Of a stretch of 64,000 bases of DNA, positions 58,798 through 64,000 are shown in pieces. This stretch comes from an uncultured bacterium (GTDB lineage Bacteria > Patescibacteriota > Microgenomatia > UBA1400 > MFAQ01). Made by a program: the position numbers and the translations under genes. The DNA is taken from positions 13,007 to 77,006 of the forward strand of contig CAXBYW010000004.1 of NCBI GenBank assembly GCA_963980225.1. The letters are read 5' to 3'. The notes under the pieces were generated by a model that saw only the letters and a list, made by a program, of their open reading frames with translations, made no database searches and had not been told where the DNA came from. Position 1 is the stretch's first letter. The number at the start of each line of letters is the position of its first letter.

Positions 58798-59166
58798 ATG
58801 TCAAGGTTGAAAAAAAGCGGTTTTTTAGATAAATTGATGTTTCTAGTAGGCTTGTTATTGTTATGGTCTTTGGTGCGTGGTTTTTCAGAGTTTAAGGGAG
58901 CTTATAGGCGAGTTGAAGAGGCCAAAGAAGTGCTTGATTTTGAGGACATCAAAAATCAGCAGTTAAAAGAAAAGTTGGAAGAAGTGCAAAAAGATGATTA
59001 TATTGAGAAAGTGGTTAGAAATGAGTTAAATATGCAAAAAGAAGGAGAAGTTGTGGTGGTTTTATCAGATGATCCGACTAAAGTTGACGTATTTGGGCAA
59101 GAAAATAAGCTAGAAATAGAAGAAAATAAGCAAAATTGGAAGAAATGGCTTGATTTGATTCGTTAA
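58798..59166 (+). CDS. Septum formation initiator (FtsB/DivIC-like)
   Basis: TM, coiled coil, YIEKVVRNELNMQKEGE. Confidence 0.8.
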   Translation: MSRLKKSGFLDKLMFLVGLLLLWSLVRGFSEFKGAYRRVEEAKEVLDFEDIKNQQLKEKLEEVQKDDYIEKVVRNELNMQKEGEVVVVLSDDPTKVDVFGQENKLEIEENKQNWKKWLDLIR

Positions 59167-59168
59167 TT

Positions 59169-59244
59169 TGGTTGCGGGCCCGGGGTTACGCTCCCCAGTT
59201 AAGTGAGATTATGAGCCTCACGAGATACTTACCTCCCGCCCGCA
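59169..59244 (-). tRNA. tRNA-Met(CAU), initiator-like, non-canonical D and T loops
   Basis: TGCGGGC/GCCCGCA-ACCA; GAGG/TCTC D-stem; TGAGG-CTCATAA-TCTCA. Confidence 0.75.
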
Positions 59245-59323
59245 CGTTAGGTAGGGGAATTATATCATTTTATGTGGCTAGTTGGCAGGAATGGCTGTGG
59301 CTAGTGTAGAATAGTGGGTACCT

Positions 59324-59398
59324 GGCAGGGTAGCTCAGCTGGTTAGTAGCGCCGTCTTCATAAGGCGGAGGTCGAGGGTTCGAGTCCCTCCCCTGCTA
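59324..59398 (+). tRNA. tRNA-Met(CAU), elongator-type
   Basis: GGCAGGG/CCCTGCT-A; CCGTC-TT CAT AA-GGCGG; Ile2 identity not excluded. Confidence 0.85.
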
Positions 59399-59429
59399 CA
59401 CTAGGTGTTGATTATTAATATAAGAAATT

Positions 59430-60446
59430 ATGATAAATAGAGTTTTGTCTGGTATTACTCCAAGCGGATCTAAGTTACATATAGGTAATTTTTTTGGTGC
59501 GGTCAAGCCACAAATAGAGTTGCAAGAGAAAATTGGTGAAACATTTTATTTTATGGCTGACCTTCATGCCCTAACTACTGTTCAAAGTAAGAAAGTGTTA
59601 GAGGAAAATATTGAGGCGGTGATTTTGGATTATTTGGCCTTAGGCCTTAATCCTGAAAAGAGCGTGTTTTTTAGGCAATCAGATATTGCGGCCCATTCTC
59701 AGTTGGCGGTGGTTTTGGCTAATTATGTATCTTTCGGTCAGATGAAACGTATGCATGCGTTTAAGGACAAGTTGCAAAAAGGAGTGAGTCAAGAGTCGGT
59801 AAATATGGGTTTATTTAACTATCCTATTTTAATGGCGGCTGATATTCTTCTATATAAACCTGATGGAGTGCCCGTGGGTGAGGATCAGAGACAGCATATT
59901 GAGATAACTAGAGATATGGCTGACAAATTTAACAAGGTTTATGAGAAGGAGGTATTTCCTTTACCAGAACCTTTAATATCTAAAAGTGTAGGAAGAATAA
60001 TGGGAACAGACGGAGAACGGAAAATGAGTAAGAGTTTGGGTAATGTAATTGGTATTTTTGAAGAAGATGAGATTATTAAAAAACAGATAATGAGTTGTTT
60101 TACGGATCCTAACAGGAAGAAAGCGACGGATCCTGGAAAAGTAGAAGGTAATCCAGTATTTATTTTTCACGATTTACTTAATGATGATAAAAAAGAAGTG
60201 GAAGACTTGAAGGATAGATATAAGAAGGGTAAGGTGGGGGATGTAGAGGTAAAGGAAAGGTTGTTTGAGGCACATAAGCGCACGTTTGAGACGGCAAAAA
60301 AGAAAAGGAAAGAACTGGAAGGCGATTTAGAATTGGTGAAAGGTATTTTAAGTAAGGGAGCAAAAAAAGCAAAATTGGTGGCGGATAAAACAATGGAAGA
60401 GGTTTATGAGCTGATTGGGATTAAGAACAAGTTGAGTGGGGTATAA
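59430..60446 (+). CDS. trpS: Tryptophan--tRNA ligase
   Basis: HIGN, YPILMAADIL, PVGEDQ, KMSKS. Confidence 0.96.
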   Translation: MINRVLSGITPSGSKLHIGNFFGAVKPQIELQEKIGETFYFMADLHALTTVQSKKVLEENIEAVILDYLALGLNPEKSVFFRQSDIAAHSQLAVVLANYVSFGQMKRMHAFKDKLQKGVSQESVNMGLFNYPILMAADILLYKPDGVPVGEDQRQHIEITRDMADKFNKVYEKEVFPLPEPLISKSVGRIMGTDGERKMSKSLGNVIGIFEEDEIIKKQIMSCFTDPNRKKATDPGKVEGNPVFIFHDLLNDDKKEVEDLKDRYKKGKVGDVEVKERLFEAHKRTFETAKKKRKELEGDLELVKGILSKGAKKAKLVADKTMEEVYELIGIKNKLSGV

Positions 60447-60455
60447 TTGGAGCTC

Positions 60456-62345
60456 ATGGCCACAAAGAAAAAACAAGTAAAAAGATTTGAGATAAAGCTT
60501 AATCCTAAGCGTTTATTAATATGGTTTTTAATTATCTTTTTGTTTTTACCTTCCCTTTTAGGTTTTTTGGGTGAAGAGACTGGGGTAATAGAGAATATTG
60601 CCTTATCAGAAGCAGTTAAGGAGATAAAAGATGAAAAGGTTGAGAAGGTAGAGATTAGAGGTGATGAGCTGGTTCTTTTTTATCCGGAAGTAGATGGTGT
60701 TCCTCATTTAAAATTGGCTAGAAAAGAAGAGGGTTCTGGTTTTGTTGAGATCTTACAGGGAGCTGGAATTGATGAAAATAACGTAAAGGTAGAAGTAGCA
60801 TCACAAACCTTATCCAAAGCTTTTTGGGGGATGGTGTCTTTGGTGGCACCAATATTAGGATTTGGCGTGCTACTTTATTTTATGTCCAAGAGGCAGATGG
60901 GTGGCAGTGGTGCTGGGGGGATGTTTGGTATGGGGAAGAGTGGGGCTAAGTTGTTTGTTAAGGGTAAGCAGTCTGAGAGGTTTAGTAATGTGGCTGGAGT
61001 TGATGAAGCTAAAAAAGAGTTAGAAGAAGTTGTGGATTTTTTGAAGAACCCTAAAAAATATAAAGCAGTCGGAGCTAGAACTCCTAAGGGAGTTTTGTTA
61101 ATTGGCCCAAGTGGTGTCGGAAAAACATTGTTGGCGCGTGCAGTAGCAGGAGAAGCGGGAGTACCATTTCTTTCTATGGCAGGGTCAGAGTTTATGGAAA
61201 TGTTGGTAGGTGTTGGTGCAAGCAGGGTCAGAGACCTCTTTGCTACAGCTAAAAAAATGGCTCCGGCAATTATTTTTATAGACGAGATTGATGCTATTGG
61301 TAGAGCTAGGGGTGTGGGAACTATGGGAGGACATGATGAAAGAGAGCAAACATTGAACCAAATATTAGTAGAGATGGATGGTTTTACGGCTAATGATAAC
61401 GTGATTGTAATTGCAGCTACTAACAGGCCAGATGTTTTGGACTCTGCCTTGGTTAGGCCAGGAAGGTTTGATAGAAGAGTAAGTTTAGATTTACCCGACA
61501 TTGCTGATAGAAAAGAGATAATAAAAATTCATGCTAGAGGCAAGCCGTTTATAAAGAGGTTGAAGTGGTCGATGGTGGCAGAAATGACTGTTGGCTTTTC
61601 TGGGGCCGATTTGGAAAACATGCTTAATGAGGCAGCTATTTTGGCAGCTAGAGAAGATAGAAAAGAAATTCTTATGAAGGATATTCGAGAAGCGGCAACT
61701 AAGGTGAAGCTTGGTCCAGAGAAGAAACGTCTGCAAAGTAAAAGAGAAAGAGAGATGACAGCTTATCATGAAGCTGGACATGCAGTTGTAGGCCACATGT
61801 TACCAGGAGCAGACCCCATCCACACTGTGAGTATTGTCTCTAGAGAGTTGTCTTTGGGACATACTGAAAGTAGACCAAGTAGGGATAGATATCAGTACAC
61901 GATGTCGGAGTTAAAGGATAGGATGGCGGTAATGATGGGAGGAAGAGCGGCTGAAAAAATTATTTACAATGAGTTGTCTGGTGGTGCAGCTAGTGATATT
62001 GATGGAGCTACAAAACTAGCCAGAAAAATGGTGGTAGATTTAGGAATGAGTAAGTTGGGGCCATTAGCTTTGGGAGCTAGCTGGGAGTCAGCAGGTGCCA
62101 TGGGAAGAGGCTTCATGAGGCAGGTGGAGGTGTCTGACAGAATGCAATCTAAGGTGGATGATGAGATAAAACTTTTTATAGATGAGGCTTATGGGCGAGC
62201 AGAAGAGGTATTGAAGAAAAACAGAGCGGTAATGAAAAAATTAGTTAATAAGTTGTTAAAAGTAGAGACGATTGAAGTGGATGGGTTTTTGAAAATAATG
62301 GGTACTAAAAAAACAACTTATGATAAAAAAATTAGTATTAGTTGA
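60456..62345 (+). CDS. ftsH: ATP-dependent zinc metalloprotease FtsH
   Basis: 2 TM, GPSGVGKT, DEID, RPGRFDR, HEAGH. Confidence 0.96.
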   Translation: MATKKKQVKRFEIKLNPKRLLIWFLIIFLFLPSLLGFLGEETGVIENIALSEAVKEIKDEKVEKVEIRGDELVLFYPEVDGVPHLKLARKEEGSGFVEILQGAGIDENNVKVEVASQTLSKAFWGMVSLVAPILGFGVLLYFMSKRQMGGSGAGGMFGMGKSGAKLFVKGKQSERFSNVAGVDEAKKELEEVVDFLKNPKKYKAVGARTPKGVLLIGPSGVGKTLLARAVAGEAGVPFLSMAGSEFMEMLVGVGASRVRDLFATAKKMAPAIIFIDEIDAIGRARGVGTMGGHDEREQTLNQILVEMDGFTANDNVIVIAATNRPDVLDSALVRPGRFDRRVSLDLPDIADRKEIIKIHARGKPFIKRLKWSMVAEMTVGFSGADLENMLNEAAILAAREDRKEILMKDIREAATKVKLGPEKKRLQSKREREMTAYHEAGHAVVGHMLPGADPIHTVSIVSRELSLGHTESRPSRDRYQYTMSELKDRMAVMMGGRAAEKIIYNELSGGAASDIDGATKLARKMVVDLGMSKLGPLALGASWESAGAMGRGFMRQVEVSDRMQSKVDDEIKLFIDEAYGRAEEVLKKNRAVMKKLVNKLLKVETIEVDGFLKIMGTKKTTYDKKISIS

Positions 62346-63246
62346 CGGCAACTCTTTGATCCATAGGGCCTATCATGGGTATCCTGGCTTGAGAACAGGT
62401 GATGGGGAACTGGTGAATGCGGTGTTTGGTTTCTCGTCGATGCTTTTAAAAGTTTTGGAACAACTTCAACCAACTCATGTGGCGATTGCTTGGGATGTTA
62501 AAGGTAAGACCTTCAGACATAAAATGGATAAAGAGTATAAGGCGGGAAGAGCTAAGACAGATCAAGAACTGATTGATCAAATAGATAGAACTAAAGAGGT
62601 GGTAATGAGTTTGAACATTCCACAGTTTGGTGTAACTGGATATGAAGCAGATGATATTATTGGAACTCTGGCACAACAAGCTTTTGAGACAAAAAATATG
62701 GGAGAAAAAGAGGTAATAATCGTGACGGGGGACAGAGATGCCTTACAGTTGGTAAGGGGTAAAAAAATAAAGGTGTATATGCCCACAAGAAGTAAAAAAC
62801 AAGGAAATGGTTCTCAGATGTTTGATGAAGAAGCAGTTAAGATTAAGTATGGACTTTCTCCAAAACAGTTAATTGATTTAAAAGGCTTGATGGGAGACAG
62901 TTCAGATAATATTAAAGGGGTAATGGGGATTGGACAAGTGACAGGAACAAAATTACTTGAAGAAGCTGGTGATTTAGATGGGGTGTATAAAAATCTTGAT
63001 AAACTAAATGTAAGTGACAGAGTTAAAAGTTTACTTAGAAAAGAAAAAGAAACTGCCTTTGTTAGTAAGGCCTTGGGGACGATAGAGTGTGAGATGCCAA
63101 TTGATTTAGAGTGGGATAGATGTGAGTTGAATGATTATGATAGAAGTAAGGTGGAGAAATTATTTAAAGAACTAGGGTTTAAGAGCTTGCTTGCTAGATT
63201 ACCACAAGATAAATGGGAAAAAGAAGCAGAAGGAGTGTTTGTATGA
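62320..63246 (+). CDS. Stand-alone 5'-3' exonuclease (Pol I N-terminal domain)
   Basis: VDGNSLIHRAYH, YKAGR, EADD, TGDRD, GDSSDNIKGV. Confidence 0.9.
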   Translation: MIKKLVLVDGNSLIHRAYHGYPGLRTGDGELVNAVFGFSSMLLKVLEQLQPTHVAIAWDVKGKTFRHKMDKEYKAGRAKTDQELIDQIDRTKEVVMSLNIPQFGVTGYEADDIIGTLAQQAFETKNMGEKEVIIVTGDRDALQLVRGKKIKVYMPTRSKKQGNGSQMFDEEAVKIKYGLSPKQLIDLKGLMGDSSDNIKGVMGIGQVTGTKLLEEAGDLDGVYKNLDKLNVSDRVKSLLRKEKETAFVSKALGTIECEMPIDLEWDRCELNDYDRSKVEKLFKELGFKSLLARLPQDKWEKEAEGVFV

Positions 63247-64000
63247 AGATCGCTTTAGTACATGACTATATAAAGGAGTTTGGAGGAGCAGAGAGGGTAT
63301 TGCGGACACTTTCGGATATGTATCCTAAGGCTCCAATTTACACAGCTTTTAGGGTGAAAGGATCTGAAGGAGATAAGGCTTTTGAAAACAGAGAAGTAAG
63401 AGAGAGTTTTTTGGCTCCTTTATTGAAGGTCTGGAAGCTTTATAGCCCCTTAAGGTTTTTAGCACCCTTGGTTTGGAGGAGTATGGACCTATCTGAATTT
63501 GATTTAGTAATTACTAGCTCCAGTTGGTATATTACTCGTGGTTTTAGGGTGGGTAAGAATACTAAGGTTGTTTGTTACTGTCACACTCCACCTAAATATT
63601 TATATGGATATGAAACGAGTATTAATTTGCAAAAATACTGGCCGGTGAAGATTTATGCTTGGGTGGTGAATCATTTTTTGCGGCTTTATGACTTATGGTC
63701 TGTGGATACGGTTGATAAGTGGGTAGTTAACTCTTTAAATGTTCAAAATAGAGTGAAGAAGTTTTATAAAAAAGATTCAATGGTTATTTATCCACCAATA
63801 GAAGTGGGAAAATTTATTGATGCAAGCAAGGATGTGGGAAAAAAAGACTATTTCTTAATTGTTTCCCGATTGGTAGGAAGTAAGGGTTTGCAGGAAGCTG
63901 CAATGGCAGCAAAAAAGGAAGGTTTTAAGTTAAAAATATCTGGTAGCAAGGCGGGCCTATCTGGAGTAGCTGGAAATCTAGAGAAATTGGGTGGAGAGAT
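63243..64000 (+). CDS. Glycosyltransferase family 4, partial
   Basis: Manual translation MKIALVHDYIKEFGGAERVL...CYCHTPP...VIYPP; runs off window. Confidence 0.85.
   Translation, partial: MKIALVHDYIKEFGGAERVLRTLSDMYPKAPIYTAFRVKGSEGDKAFENREVRESFLAPLLKVWKLYSPLRFLAPLVWRSMDLSEFDLVITSSSWYITRGFRVGKNTKVVCYCHTPPKYLYGYETSINLQKYWPVKIYAWVVNHFLRLYDLWSVDTVDKWVVNSLNVQNRVKKFYKKDSMVIYPPIEVGKFIDASKDVGKKDYFLIVSRLVGSKGLQEAAMAAKKEGFKLKISGSKAGLSGVAGNLEKLGGE

Noticed and set aside
57003-59398. Integrative element bounded by tRNAs with a tyrosine recombinase
   Set aside because: No tRNA 3' duplication seen; cargo is housekeeping-like; recombinase is Xer-sized
32096-61796. Long antisense ORFs (e.g. 32096-32755, 36271-36777, 60875-61501)
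   Set aside because: Shadow frames of conserved genes produced by strand-biased codon use
1-64000. CRISPR array, rRNA, IS transposase, stop-codon recoding
   Set aside because: None seen; TGA terminates many well-defined genes

Overview
Chromosomal segment of a small-genome bacterium, most consistent with Patescibacteria/CPR (Microgenomates-like). This placement is inferred from gene content; TGA is used as stop and the + strand is strongly G>C skewed. The window opens with an array of VirB2/TrbC-like pilins interrupted by uppS, then a SpoIID/LytB protein, smpB and tmRNA. A tRNA cluster follows (four Ser isoacceptors plus Arg-GCG) hosting a free-standing LAGLIDADG gene, then dnaG-rpoD, mscL and a tRNA-Asn(GUU) split by a 216-nt group I intron. 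A small accessory region contains two apparent gene-fusion junctions. Further on are an ECF sigma/ZIP module, ung, an Rrf2-sufCBDSU operon extended by FNR/DsbA/CcdA/SufT genes, a pentose-phosphate/aldolase cluster containing a LOG protein, two class A PBPs, and nrdR-nrdJ with tandem NrdR boxes. The end holds a VirB4/TraG-like ATPase, tRNA-Ile(UAU), a Xer-like recombinase, two CAU tRNAs (one highly non-canonical), trpS, ftsH, a stand-alone 5'-3' exonuclease and a partial glycosyltransferase. The most striking signals concern translation: pervasive -10 boxes 6-8 nt before start codons (leaderless mRNAs), an aberrant initiator-like tRNA, modification-independent anticodons and an intron-split tRNA. 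All calls come from reading the sequence; no database search was run.
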